DNA from: Bacteroidota bacterium
Lineage (GTDB): Bacteria > Bacteroidota > Bacteroidia > 2-12-FULL-35-15
Length of the DNA: 64,000 nt
Assembly (NCBI GenBank): GCA_947476185.1
Contig: CANJPX010000002.1
Span: 2,810 to 66,809, forward strand
Direction of reading: 5' to 3'
The notes beneath the pieces are model-generated. The model made no database searches. It had not been told where the DNA came from and worked only from the letters and a program-made list of their open reading frames with translations. The position numbers and the translations under genes were made by a program. The first letter of the stretch is position 1; each line of letters begins with the position of its first letter. Shown here in pieces: positions 21,468 to 33,061 of the stretch.

Positions 21468-22190
21468 ATGGAAACCAACAATTTTAATTACGTTCAATCA
21501 GAACAGGAAACAGCTTCAATTTCGAAAACATTTATGGCGAGTGTATTTTCATGGATGTTTGCAGCTTTAGCAATTACCTCTATCGTTGCATATTATTTTG
21601 CGCATAATGCAGATCTTTTTGCATCACTTGTAAATGTTGAAATAGGCAAATTAACAACTTTGGGGTATATAGTAATGTTCGCTCCACTAGCATTTATCCT
21701 GGTTATTTCATTTGGATTCAACAGATTGTCTTACCCTGTATTATTATTTCTATTCCTACTTTTTTCAGCGGTAATGGGAATGAGTTTAAGTTTCATTTTT
21801 CATCAATATACCGCAGGTTCTATTTATGGCACATTTGCTGCCGCAGCCGGAATGTTTGGATTGATGGCACTTGTAGGTTATACTACAAGCACTGACCTTA
21901 CAAAATTTGGGTCAATCATGATAATGGGTATGGTAGGTATCATCATTGCAAGCTTAATAAACTATTTCATGCAAAGCGAAATGATGGATTATGTCATCAG
22001 CGTTATTGGGGTGTTGGTATTTACAGGTTTAACAGCTTATGACGTTCAAAAATTAAAAAGAATTGGTGCAGGTGTAGAATACGGAACAGAAGTAGCAAAC
22101 AAACTAGTAATTATGGGAGCACTAAACCTTTATATGGACTTCCTTAACTTATTCCTTTTCTTGCTTCGTATTTTCGGAGACAGAAAATAA
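21468..22190 (+). CDS. Bax-inhibitor-1/YccA family membrane protein
   Basis: 7 predicted TM helices. 240 aa. BI-1-like composition. Confidence 0.7.
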   Translation: METNNFNYVQSEQETASISKTFMASVFSWMFAALAITSIVAYYFAHNADLFASLVNVEIGKLTTLGYIVMFAPLAFILVISFGFNRLSYPVLLFLFLLFSAVMGMSLSFIFHQYTAGSIYGTFAAAAGMFGLMALVGYTTSTDLTKFGSIMIMGMVGIIIASLINYFMQSEMMDYVISVIGVLVFTGLTAYDVQKLKRIGAGVEYGTEVANKLVIMGALNLYMDFLNLFLFLLRIFGDRK

Positions 22191-22213
22191 TCACACATCT
22201 CATTGTGAATAAA

Positions 22214-22248
22214 AAGAGTCGAGCAGAAATGCACGACTCTTTTTTATT
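22214..22248 (+). terminator. rho-independent terminator after the BI-1 gene
   Basis: gagtcg-N12-cgactc stem followed by TTTTTTATTT. Confidence 0.6.
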
Positions 22249-22287
22249 TATTAATATTGAATACTATTAATCATAAAAACAAGAAGC

Positions 22288-23172
22288 ATGAAAGCATATG
22301 TATTTCCGGGACAAGGTGCCCAGTTCGTAGGAATGGGAAAAGAACTTTACGAAACTTCCCCTTTAGCAAAAGAACTTTTTGAAAAAGCAAACACTATTCT
22401 AGGGTTCAGAATAACTGATATTATGTTCAGTGGGACGGAGGAAGAATTAAAACAAACAAAAGTCACTCAACCGGCAATATTTTTACATTCAGTAATTTTG
22501 GCAAAAACATTGGGAGAGAGCATCCAACCCGAAATGGTTGCCGGTCATAGTTTGGGGGAATTCTCGGCTTTAGTGATAAATAAAACATTGTCATTTGAAG
22601 ATGCACTTGTCTTAGTTTCAAAACGAGCATTGGCGATGCAAAAAGCATGTGAAATGAATCCTTCCACCATGGCAGCTGTATTGAATTTAGATGATAAGGT
22701 AATTGAAACAATTTGTGCAGAGATTACTCAGAATGGTGATATTGTTGTTGCGGCAAATTACAATTGTCCCGGTCAATTAGTTATTTCTGGAACTATAAAC
22801 GGAGTGAACATTGCCTGTGAAAAACTTAAAGCGGCAGGAGCAAAACGTGCATTGGTATTACCTGTTGGCGGGGCATTTCATTCTCCATTAATGCAACCTG
22901 CGGCAATCGAATTGGAAGCGGCAATAATGGCTACAACTTTCAACCAACCAATTTGTCCGGTTTACCAAAATGTAACTGCTAATGCTGTTTCAAATCCGGA
23001 AGAAATAAAAAAGAACCTAGTTGCACAATTGACCGCACCTGTTAAATGGACACAAACGGTACAGCAAATGATCGCAGATGGTGCCAGTTCATTCACGGAA
23101 ATCGGTCCCGGAAAAGTTTTACAAGGGTTAGTGAAAAAAGTGAATCCTTCCATGGAAGTGGCGAGTGCTTAA
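22288..23172 (+). CDS. fabD: malonyl CoA-ACP transacylase
   Basis: GHSLGEFSAL active-site motif. 294 aa. Confidence 0.92.
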   Translation: MKAYVFPGQGAQFVGMGKELYETSPLAKELFEKANTILGFRITDIMFSGTEEELKQTKVTQPAIFLHSVILAKTLGESIQPEMVAGHSLGEFSALVINKTLSFEDALVLVSKRALAMQKACEMNPSTMAAVLNLDDKVIETICAEITQNGDIVVAANYNCPGQLVISGTINGVNIACEKLKAAGAKRALVLPVGGAFHSPLMQPAAIELEAAIMATTFNQPICPVYQNVTANAVSNPEEIKKNLVAQLTAPVKWTQTVQQMIADGASSFTEIGPGKVLQGLVKKVNPSMEVASA

Positions 23173-23247
23173 GCAATCGGAATATATAAAGTTTAAAAGT
23201 TAAAGTACTTTATTTGAAATTTTGTCGTTAATCAGAAAAAGGGAATT

Positions 23248-23892
23248 GTGAAAAAAATATTTTTATTTTTAATTACTTTTATTTTTATTGCACAAACTAA
23301 GGCTCAATTTGTGAATAGCATTGGTATAACTGCAGGCGTTTCAGCAGGAAATCAAAAATTTCTTTTCTATGACCCTGTTGCGTTTTCGAGAAAAAAATAC
23401 ATGTATGGATTTAATGCAAGCATATTCGGTGAATTTTTCAGCAATGATCATGTACGTTGGGTAACCGAAATACAATACGATCAAAAGGGATCAATCGATT
23501 CGCAACCGGATGCAAATTATCCAAATCAGTTACAATATTTATCGTGGAATAATTATCTGAAATTGCGGTATGAAATGTATAACATCATTCCTTATCTTTT
23601 GATAGGGCCTCGTTTGGATTATAAATTAGTTCAGAGCACAACCTCTCCCGCAATAACCGGAGGCTTTCTGCCTTTGCATTTAAGTGCCGGTTTCGGAGGA
23701 GGATTTGAAGTTGTAAGTTATACCAACTTTAAATTTCTAGTTGAAGGATTTTACAATCCCGATATGATGCCTGCCTATATTAGTCCTGTTATGCATGCAA
23801 AAAATAAAAATATTGAATTACGGATTGGACTCAAATATGAATTTTCAGGAAAAAAAGAGAGTTGCAATACTCCTACTTACATAGAAGATTAG
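23248..23892 (+). CDS. hypothetical outer-membrane beta-barrel protein
   Basis: Signal peptide. Alternating hydrophobic beta-strand pattern. C-terminal aromatic residue. Confidence 0.5.
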   Translation: MKKIFLFLITFIFIAQTKAQFVNSIGITAGVSAGNQKFLFYDPVAFSRKKYMYGFNASIFGEFFSNDHVRWVTEIQYDQKGSIDSQPDANYPNQLQYLSWNNYLKLRYEMYNIIPYLLIGPRLDYKLVQSTTSPAITGGFLPLHLSAGFGGGFEVVSYTNFKFLVEGFYNPDMMPAYISPVMHAKNKNIELRIGLKYEFSGKKESCNTPTYIED

Positions 23893-23925
23893 CAACTCTC
23901 TGAAAATTATTACCGAAACCCTTTT

Positions 23926-25155
23926 TTACCTTCCCTTACCACCACCTCTGTTTGCAGGTTTACTTCCTCCTTGTTTTTGAATCGGTTTGTTTGATGACCT
24001 AGGCACCGACCTGCTTGGTTGTTTAACTGCCGGTTTCTGTGAAGGTTTATAAACAGGCTTCTCCTTTACAGGATTTGAAGCAGGTTTTTCTCTCGTGCTT
24101 GATGGTTTATTATCCTTAGGCGCAACACGATTTTCTATTGGATCGGAAGCAGGTTTATTTACATCATTACCCGGTTTTTGCCTGTTATCAGGTGTTGTGC
24201 TGTTATTTCCAGGTTTGTTATTAAAAGCAGGATTTGAAGTTCCCGGTTTTACTCTGCCATCACCGGCTCTGTCCTTTGAATCATATGTCTTTTGATACAC
24301 CTTAGAAGTCCTGTTTGTTTGAACAGTTGAAGAAACTGTTTTGCGCGGACCGTAATAAGTATGAGCATTAGGAGCCCGGTATTCATAAGTACGGTGATAA
24401 TATCCATAATGATGACTATGAAAATGGTCGTAATGATGCCAATAGTAGTTGTGCCAATACCAAGGAGTCCAAGGATTCCACCACATAGGATAAGAATACC
24501 AATACCATGGAGAAACATAAACTACATATGCAGGAGCGTATATATAATGAACCATAGGCCAATTGCTAACTACAACATAATTATCGGGAGAGCTTGCGGC
24601 ATTATTATTTGTAGTGTTATTGGTGGTATTATAATTATTGGTGGTGTTATTAATGATCACCGTTTTACCATCAGCAGTGACAGTTGTGTCCGATTTTTTA
24701 TTAGGATTCACAGCCTTTGCGGTCGGATCATTTTCTGTTGGTTCAACAATATAATCTTTGCCATATAGTTCTTCATTTCCTACAATTTGAACAACTACTT
24801 TACCATTTTTATCTTTTTCAATTTCGATAACGGCAACATCTTGCGTTTCCTTTTCATTGACAAGAACCTGTAAAACCACAGCATGTGATTCACCGGTCTG
24901 ATGATCAATTACTTTTATATAATCTATTTTATCATCGTTATTCAGATCCAGGTTGTTGACCTTTGCGTCTTCGGAGTTCAACTTTTTTTCGAACACTTCG
25001 AAAGTCTCAGATTTTTGAAACAGATCCAAAACAGCATATAAATTTAAATTATCACCGGGTAATCCGAGCGAATCAGCTTTTTCGATTTTCTGAGAAAAAG
25101 CACTTTTACCACCGCAAATTGCAAGTAATAAAAGAAGAAAAGTTAATTTTTTCAT
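23926..25155 (-). CDS. exported low-complexity protein with Trp/Tyr/His-rich block and Lys/Pro/Asn-rich basic tail
   Basis: Signal peptide. WPMVHYIYAPAYVVYVSPWYWYSYPMWWNPWTPWYWHNYYWHHYDHFHSHHYGYYH block. N/T-rich linker. C-terminal KP-rich tail. 409 aa. Confidence 0.55.
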   Translation of the reverse strand: MKKLTFLLLLLAICGGKSAFSQKIEKADSLGLPGDNLNLYAVLDLFQKSETFEVFEKKLNSEDAKVNNLDLNNDDKIDYIKVIDHQTGESHAVVLQVLVNEKETQDVAVIEIEKDKNGKVVVQIVGNEELYGKDYIVEPTENDPTAKAVNPNKKSDTTVTADGKTVIINNTTNNYNTTNNTTNNNAASSPDNYVVVSNWPMVHYIYAPAYVVYVSPWYWYSYPMWWNPWTPWYWHNYYWHHYDHFHSHHYGYYHRTYEYRAPNAHTYYGPRKTVSSTVQTNRTSKVYQKTYDSKDRAGDGRVKPGTSNPAFNNKPGNNSTTPDNRQKPGNDVNKPASDPIENRVAPKDNKPSSTREKPASNPVKEKPVYKPSQKPAVKQPSRSVPRSSNKPIQKQGGSKPANRGGGKGR

Positions 25156-25329
25156 ACGATTAGAAATTTATATTACAATTGACAAATTAAACCCAATAAG
25201 GTTTAATACCCAATGCCAAAAATCATTCCAATATTATTCAGAGAACATTGGTTACTATAATACCCAATGAGGTAAAGACATAAAGCATCAATGGCAGACT
25301 ATTTATGAAAAAGTATTTTAGCCTTTAAA

Positions 25330-27330
25330 TTAAAAAAGATCGTTTAACAATTGATCATCGACACTATTCGGTAAAGTAACTCTTAAGGAAGGTGTCCTTT
25401 GCATTTCGCGTTTGATCGCGAATAAAGCTTCTTCGTTTCTTGCCCAGCTTCGTCGCGCAATTCCATTATTCACATCCCAGAACAACATCGACTTCAATCG
25501 TCTGTCACTATCCGCTGTTCCATCGAGTACCATACCAAAGCCGCCATTTATTACTTCGCCCCAACCTACACCGCCTCCATTGTGCAAAGATATCCAGGTA
25601 GCACCACGAAATCCATCACCAACAAAATTCTGTACGGCCATATCGGCTGTATAACTAGAGCCGTCATAAATATTAGAAGTTTCCCGATAAGGAGAATCAG
25701 TGCCTGAAACATCGTGATGATCTCTTCCCAAAACGATAGGAGCAGAAAGTTCACCAGACTTGATCGCATGATTAAAAGCTTCGGCAATTTTTACGCGTGC
25801 CTCCGAATCGGCATATAAGATACGGGCTTGAGAACCAACCACTAAATTATTCTGCATTGCATCTTTTATCCATGTAATATTATCACTAAGCTGTTGCTTG
25901 ATCTCATTCGGTGCGGTCTTATACATTTCTTCCAACACTTTCATAGCCAATGCATCCGTTTTCGCCAGGTCCTTAGGGTCACAAGAAGTACATACCCAGC
26001 GGAAAGGACCGAATCCATAATCAAAACACATTGGTCCGAGAATATCCTGAACATACGATTTGTACTTGAAAGTGCCATCTTCATTCACAATATCAGCACC
26101 AGCACGGGACGCCTCCAATAAAAATGCGTTTCCATAATCAAAGAAATACATTCCATTTGCAGCTAATTTATTCACAGCATTTGCATGTCTTACCAAGGAT
26201 TTCTGAACTTCTTTCTTAAAATTTGCAGGATCATTTGCCATCATTTCATTGGATTGCTCCAACGAAAAACCGGCAGGATAATAGCCTCCTGCCCAAGGAT
26301 TATGCAAGGATGTTTGATCTGTACCTATATCTACTTTCACATTTTCTTTTACCAAACGTTCCCACAGATCAACAACGTTACCGTGATATGCAATAGAAAC
26401 AGCCTCTTTAGAAGCTTGCGCCTTTTTGATCCTGTCCATTAATCCGGAAAGATCTTCAAAAACTTCATCGACCCAACCTTGTGAGTGCCTGGTTTTCACG
26501 GCCTTTGGGTTTATCTCTGCCACGACAGATACCAAACCGGATATCTTACCGGCTTTGGGCTGTGCACCACTCATACCACCAAGTCCGCAAGTAACAAACA
26601 ACTTCCCGTTTCTATCTTCTTCAGATTTCGAAATTTTACGTGCTGCATTCATCACAGTAATGGTAGTTCCATGCACAATTCCCTGAGGCCCGATATACAT
26701 AAAAGAACCGGCTGTCATTTGTCCATATTGCGTAACACCCAATGCATTAAATTTTTCCCAGTCATCAGGTTTACTATAATTAGGGATCATCATTCCATTG
26801 GTGATCACCACACGCGGAGCATCCTTATGCGAAGGGAATAAACCCATTGGATGTCCTGAGTACATCGCTAATGTTTGCTCATCGGTCATCTCCGCTAAAT
26901 ACTTCATGGTAAGAAGATATTGAGCCCAATTTTGAAAAACAGAACCATTTCCTCCGTAAGTGATCAATTCATGAGGATGCTGTGCAACAGCATGATCCAA
27001 ATTATTTTGCAACATTAACATGATTGCTGCCGCTTGTTTTGACTGATGCGGATATTCACTGATAGGACGAGCATATATTTTGTAATCCGGATGAAAGCGG
27101 TACATGTAAATTCTACCATAGTCTTTTAATTCCTGAGCGAATTCTTTTGACAAAACCGGATGATGTTTTTTATCAAAATATCTCAAGGCATTCCGAATAG
27201 CTAATTTTTTTTCTTCTTTCGAAAGAATATCTTTCCGCTTGGGAGCATGATTTATAGTTGATTCGTAAGGCCTAACAGAAGGCAGTTCAGAAGAAATTCC
27301 TTGCAAAACTTGTTTTTTAAATTCGCTCAT
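25330..27330 (-). CDS. hutU: urocanate hydratase (long form)
   Basis: LGGMSGAQPKAG and FMYIGPQGIVHGT motifs. 666 aa. Confidence 0.88.
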   Translation of the reverse strand: MSEFKKQVLQGISSELPSVRPYESTINHAPKRKDILSKEEKKLAIRNALRYFDKKHHPVLSKEFAQELKDYGRIYMYRFHPDYKIYARPISEYPHQSKQAAAIMLMLQNNLDHAVAQHPHELITYGGNGSVFQNWAQYLLTMKYLAEMTDEQTLAMYSGHPMGLFPSHKDAPRVVITNGMMIPNYSKPDDWEKFNALGVTQYGQMTAGSFMYIGPQGIVHGTTITVMNAARKISKSEEDRNGKLFVTCGLGGMSGAQPKAGKISGLVSVVAEINPKAVKTRHSQGWVDEVFEDLSGLMDRIKKAQASKEAVSIAYHGNVVDLWERLVKENVKVDIGTDQTSLHNPWAGGYYPAGFSLEQSNEMMANDPANFKKEVQKSLVRHANAVNKLAANGMYFFDYGNAFLLEASRAGADIVNEDGTFKYKSYVQDILGPMCFDYGFGPFRWVCTSCDPKDLAKTDALAMKVLEEMYKTAPNEIKQQLSDNITWIKDAMQNNLVVGSQARILYADSEARVKIAEAFNHAIKSGELSAPIVLGRDHHDVSGTDSPYRETSNIYDGSSYTADMAVQNFVGDGFRGATWISLHNGGGVGWGEVINGGFGMVLDGTADSDRRLKSMLFWDVNNGIARRSWARNEEALFAIKREMQRTPSLRVTLPNSVDDQLLNDLF

Positions 27331-27384
27331 ATATTTTTAATAAAAGGGGAAAGTATTTGTAAAATAAACTCTTTTCGTATTTGA

Positions 27385-27573
27385 TTATTTTTTCTTTTCT
27401 ATTCTTCCTTTGTCCTTATTAAATCCATAAGGACAGTGTTTACAACCATTCTGACAACAAGTTCCGCGTTTTAATAAATACTTTTCTGTAAATACAATAT
27501 ACCCCTGCTCACTGTAATAAAAATCCTCCGGGTCTAATTGTTTATTATTTGAAAAGCCTATATCATCTGCCAT
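27385..27573 (-). CDS. small cysteine-rich protein (CCxNGCxHCPYG motif; DUF5522-like)
   Basis: 62 aa. C-terminal RGTCCQNGCKHCPYG. Confidence 0.5.
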   Translation of the reverse strand: MADDIGFSNNKQLDPEDFYYSEQGYIVFTEKYLLKRGTCCQNGCKHCPYGFNKDKGRIEKKK

Positions 27574-27634
27574 AAAACAAAGATAATGAGCTAAACAGAA
27601 TAGCCAAAGTATTTTTCAAATTCTGCTCTATTTA

Positions 27635-28603
27635 ATGTTAAAACGACAAGGGCATTCAAAAAAGGATAAGCTGTTAAACATTTTTAACCGATATTTGCTT
27701 TTCCGACCTCTTCAAATGATAAACAATTCGGTACCCATACAAAAAATCAATTCTGATTTTACATCTGCACAGGATATTCATCTTTATGTTTATCGGTTGG
27801 ATCTTAACCATCAATACATCAGTGGAAATAAATTACATAAACTTCATTATAATTTATTGGAGATAAAAAAACAAAACATTAAAACTCTCCTCACTTTTGG
27901 CGGTGCATATTCTAATCACATTGCTGCAACAGCAGCAGCAGGGAAAGAGCACGGACTAAAGACAATAGGGATAATCCGCGGTGAGGAATATTCCGAATTA
28001 AATCCAACATTAAATTTTGCAAAAATATGCGGAATGGAATTGCATTATGTTTCTAGAAAAATTTATCAAAATAAAGAAGCGTTATACAAATATGTTTCCG
28101 AGAAATTTTCGGAACAAAATTATTATTTAATTCCGGAAGGAGGCTCCAACAAATTTGGAGTAACAGGTTGTATGGAGATCACCCAAAATATCCCTTTCGA
28201 TTTTGATTTTATTTGCTGTCCTTGCGGAACCGGAGCAACGATGGCAGGAATAACGCTTTCGCTGAAAGAACATCAAAAAGCTATTGGATTTCAAATTTTA
28301 AAAGCAGAAAAATACATTGAAAAAGAAGTTTCGAATTGGTTGAAAATATTTAATTCAAATCAAAAGAATTGGGAGATAAATGAATCTTTTCATTTCGGAG
28401 GATACGCCAAATTAAAACCTGAGTTACTAAATTTCATAAAGGAATTTGAAAAAGAGCATACAATTCCTTTTGACTATATCTACACAGGAAAAATGATGTT
28501 TGGTATTGTTGAAATGATCAAAAATGGAGTTTTTAAAAAAGGGCAAACTATTGTTGCCATACATACAGGCGGATTACAAGGGAATGCGGGATTTAAGAAT
28601 TAA
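27635..28603 (+). CDS. PLP-dependent ACC deaminase/D-cysteine desulfhydrase family enzyme
   Basis: SGNKLHKL (PLP-lysine motif GNKxRK-like). Fold-type II signature. True start may be an internal Met (MINNS..). Confidence 0.7.
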   Translation: MLKRQGHSKKDKLLNIFNRYLLFRPLQMINNSVPIQKINSDFTSAQDIHLYVYRLDLNHQYISGNKLHKLHYNLLEIKKQNIKTLLTFGGAYSNHIAATAAAGKEHGLKTIGIIRGEEYSELNPTLNFAKICGMELHYVSRKIYQNKEALYKYVSEKFSEQNYYLIPEGGSNKFGVTGCMEITQNIPFDFDFICCPCGTGATMAGITLSLKEHQKAIGFQILKAEKYIEKEVSNWLKIFNSNQKNWEINESFHFGGYAKLKPELLNFIKEFEKEHTIPFDYIYTGKMMFGIVEMIKNGVFKKGQTIVAIHTGGLQGNAGFKN

Positions 28604-28671
28604 CAATTTGCTGTTTGAAAGTTAAGATCCAGCTTGAAACAACTGTCCGAATAAGTTGTATTTTTGAGTAA

Positions 28672-29589
28672 ATGCGAAAAGCGCTCTCCATATTATCATT
28701 CACATTTTTCATTACATCTGTCTTTGCTCAACCTGCAGAACAGAAAATGACACCTACTCAATACATCGATAATTTCAAAGATGAAGCAATAAAAGAAATG
28801 CTGATGTATAATATTCCTGCTAGCATCACATTAGCTCAAGGCATGCTTGAAAGCGGAAATGGCAATAGTGACCTCGCAGTATATGCAAATAATCATTTCG
28901 GAATAAAATGTCATCAGGAATGGAATGGCCCAACATTTATAAAAGATGATGATGCAAAAGACGAGTGTTTCAGAAAATATTCATCAGTTTTGGATTCATA
29001 TACAGACCATTCCAATTTTTTGAAATCACGCACGAGGTATGCAGAGCTATTTGAATTACAGCGAACGGATTATAAAGGATGGGCAAAAGGATTAAAAACA
29101 ACAGGTTATGCGACTGATCCTAAATATACACAACGAATATTGGAATTGATTGACACCTACAAATTATATCAATACGACCAAATAGACGGATTACCTAAAA
29201 TTTCAATCACAGCCAATAAGACTCCACACCCGGCAACGTTAGAGCCAAGAGAAATTTTACGTTTCCACTTTATCAAATATGTCATCGTAAAACCGGGAGA
29301 TACTTTTTACAAGATCGCTGTGGATACAGATAAAGATCTTTGGCAATTATATAAATTCAATGACTTGGAAGCAGATTCAAAATTAATAGTTGGACAAAAA
29401 CTTTATTTGCAACCAAAACGAAACAGAGCCAAAGAACCATTTCATAAAGTAAAAAAAGGAGAAACTATGAAATCGATCTCACAATTGCACGGAATAAAAT
29501 TAAAAAAACTTTACAAAAAAAATAATTTGAAAGTTGGAGAAGAACCGAAAGTTGGCGACATATTAAATTTGAGACAGAATAAATCCTAA
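28672..29589 (+). CDS. exported glucosaminidase-domain (FlgJ-like muramidase) protein with C-terminal LysM
   Basis: LAQGMLESGNGNSDLAVYANNHFGIK glucosaminidase motif. LysM-like C-terminal segment. Confidence 0.75.
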   Translation: MRKALSILSFTFFITSVFAQPAEQKMTPTQYIDNFKDEAIKEMLMYNIPASITLAQGMLESGNGNSDLAVYANNHFGIKCHQEWNGPTFIKDDDAKDECFRKYSSVLDSYTDHSNFLKSRTRYAELFELQRTDYKGWAKGLKTTGYATDPKYTQRILELIDTYKLYQYDQIDGLPKISITANKTPHPATLEPREILRFHFIKYVIVKPGDTFYKIAVDTDKDLWQLYKFNDLEADSKLIVGQKLYLQPKRNRAKEPFHKVKKGETMKSISQLHGIKLKKLYKKNNLKVGEEPKVGDILNLRQNKS

Positions 29590-29597
29590 GTAATTTT

Positions 29598-30833
29598 TCA
29601 ATGAAAAAACATATAAGAAATATAAATTGCAGCGATCACTCCGGCAAGATCTGCAATTAAACCGGCTGTAATGGCATACCTCGTTTTCTTTATTCCTACC
29701 GAACCAAAATACAAAGCGACTATATAAAATGTAGTATCTGCAGCACCCTGAAAAACGCAGGATAAATGGCCGACAAATGAATCCGGTTTATAAATATCCA
29801 TAGCAGATATCATCATCGATCTTGACCCACTACCACTTAAGGGTTTCATTAATGCAGTAGGAAGTGCGGGAACAAAATCTGTATTAAAACCTAATGCGCC
29901 AAATACGTATCCAATTCCATGCACCAAATAATCCAAGGCCCCGGAGGCGCGGAAAACAGCTATACCAACAAGCATTGCAACCAAGTATGGAATAATTTTT
30001 ATAGTTGTTTCAAAACCACTTTTTGCTCCATCGATAAATGCATCGTACACATTTATTTTTTTTCGGAGAGCGCCAAGAATGAATGCCGTAATGATTGAAA
30101 ATAAAATAACATTGGCTGCTACCTTCGAAACAATTGTAATTTGTTCCTGCTGCAAAGTGCTGAAATACCAGACCAATCCGATAACACCGGCACTGATGCT
30201 TAACATCCAAGTGAGAAAAACACGATTGAAAATATTTATCTTTTGCCAAATTGCTACAGTCAATAGTCCGACCAACGTGGAGCAAAATGTAGCAATCAAT
30301 ATGGGAATGAATACATCGGAAGGATTGGCAGAATGTTGAATGGCACGTTGAGCAATAATTGTAATTGGAATCAATGTAAACCCAGAGGTATTGAGGACCA
30401 AAAACATAATCTGTGCATTAGAGGCGGTATCTTTGTTTGGATTTAATTCCTGCATACTGTCCATCGCCTTTAAACCCAAAGGTGTTGCTGCATTTCCCAA
30501 ACCTAACATGTTAGCTGAAAAATTCATCATGATATGTCCGTTTGCCGGATGACCTTTAGGGATCTCAGGAAATAATTTGTTAAAAAAAGGTCCGACAATG
30601 CGGGATAAAAAATTAATTGCTCCCGCTTTCTCTCCAATATTCATAAGTCCTAACCAAAGTGTCATGACTCCCGCCAAAGGAAGTGAAATGTCCATCACTG
30701 CCATTTTTGATGAATCGAATGTTGCGTCAACAAGTGTCTTAAAAATTTCGGTATCACCTGTAATTGCTAACTTCAAAAGTGCAACAACAAAAGCAATCAC
30801 AAAAAAAGCGATCCAGATATAATTTAGTATCAC
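29598..30833 (-). CDS. nucleoside-recognition (Gate) domain membrane protein, SpmA/SpmB-like fusion
   Basis: 411 aa polytopic membrane protein with two Gate-like halves. Confidence 0.55.
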   Translation of the reverse strand: MILNYIWIAFFVIAFVVALLKLAITGDTEIFKTLVDATFDSSKMAVMDISLPLAGVMTLWLGLMNIGEKAGAINFLSRIVGPFFNKLFPEIPKGHPANGHIMMNFSANMLGLGNAATPLGLKAMDSMQELNPNKDTASNAQIMFLVLNTSGFTLIPITIIAQRAIQHSANPSDVFIPILIATFCSTLVGLLTVAIWQKINIFNRVFLTWMLSISAGVIGLVWYFSTLQQEQITIVSKVAANVILFSIITAFILGALRKKINVYDAFIDGAKSGFETTIKIIPYLVAMLVGIAVFRASGALDYLVHGIGYVFGALGFNTDFVPALPTALMKPLSGSGSRSMMISAMDIYKPDSFVGHLSCVFQGAADTTFYIVALYFGSVGIKKTRYAITAGLIADLAGVIAAIYISYMFFH

Positions 30834-30834
30834 G

Positions 30835-31398
30835 TTAGTTAGTTAAAGTTAGTTTACAAAAATTGTTTAATACTATTAACCCATTTTCACCCGATATTTC
30901 AGGATGGAATTGTACTCCAAAAATATTTAAAATAAAATGTTTCATTGCTTCAACTTCATATTTTTCAGATGAAGCTAATCTGATAAATGAATCCGGCAAT
31001 GTAATTCCTTCCGTATGATCTTCTGCCATTTCTATTTTATCATCAAATCCATCAAACAAAGTATCCTTTAATCCTATCTTAATTTCAATAACTGTTCTAA
31101 CTTCATCAGACCTAAATACCGATGCTCCAAATAAAAGTCCCAAAAGTTGATGCCCAAAACATATTCCTAAAACCGGCACATTAATATTTTTCAAAAAATT
31201 AAATTTTTCAAAATAAATGTCACAATTTGTTTCAGTTAACAAAATAGGTGATCCACTTAAAATAATTCCTTTCGTTTTTTTCCAATCAACTTTTTCAGCT
31301 TCCTTCCAATCAAATATGCTTGCAGTAAAACCAAGAGCAGTCAAGCAACCTAAAATTTCATGCGTTTTTGCACTTCCAAAATTAATTATACTAATCAT
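30835..31398 (-). CDS. class I glutamine amidotransferase
   Basis: GICFGHQLL (Cys nucleophile) and FHPE (His/Glu). 187 aa. Confidence 0.75.
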   Translation of the reverse strand: MISIINFGSAKTHEILGCLTALGFTASIFDWKEAEKVDWKKTKGIILSGSPILLTETNCDIYFEKFNFLKNINVPVLGICFGHQLLGLLFGASVFRSDEVRTVIEIKIGLKDTLFDGFDDKIEMAEDHTEGITLPDSFIRLASSEKYEVEAMKHFILNIFGVQFHPEISGENGLIVLNNFCKLTLTN

Positions 31399-31529
31399 GG
31401 CGGATTTTAAACGAATGTAACGAATAATTATGTTTGAGAAGGTTCACTCCTATTTTAAATATCAACCAAAACGACTTAAAATGTTAATAAAAACCGAAAC
31501 GTATTATTCCGTTTTATAGCTACTTTTGA

Positions 31530-32870
<1,341 letters not shown>

Positions 32871-33061
32871 ATTGTGATAATGAAATCCCTTGTTGAATTA
32901 GTTCGTGAAAGCCCTTTTTTTATTGGAAATAATGATAAATGTCATAATTTTTTCCGAGTAAAAAAAAATAAAGAAAATTTAATGAAAGATTATTTTTATT
33001 GTGACAAAATCCTTTTACCTTTCGGGTGTTAAGAAAAAAAACTATATAATTCATACAAAAC

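Noticed and set aside
24095-24768. ORFs of 66-135 aa overlapping the W/Y/H-rich gene on the opposite strand or in other frames (II/GG-rich translations)
   Set aside because: These are shadow ORFs generated by the low-complexity repetitive coding sequence on the other strand.
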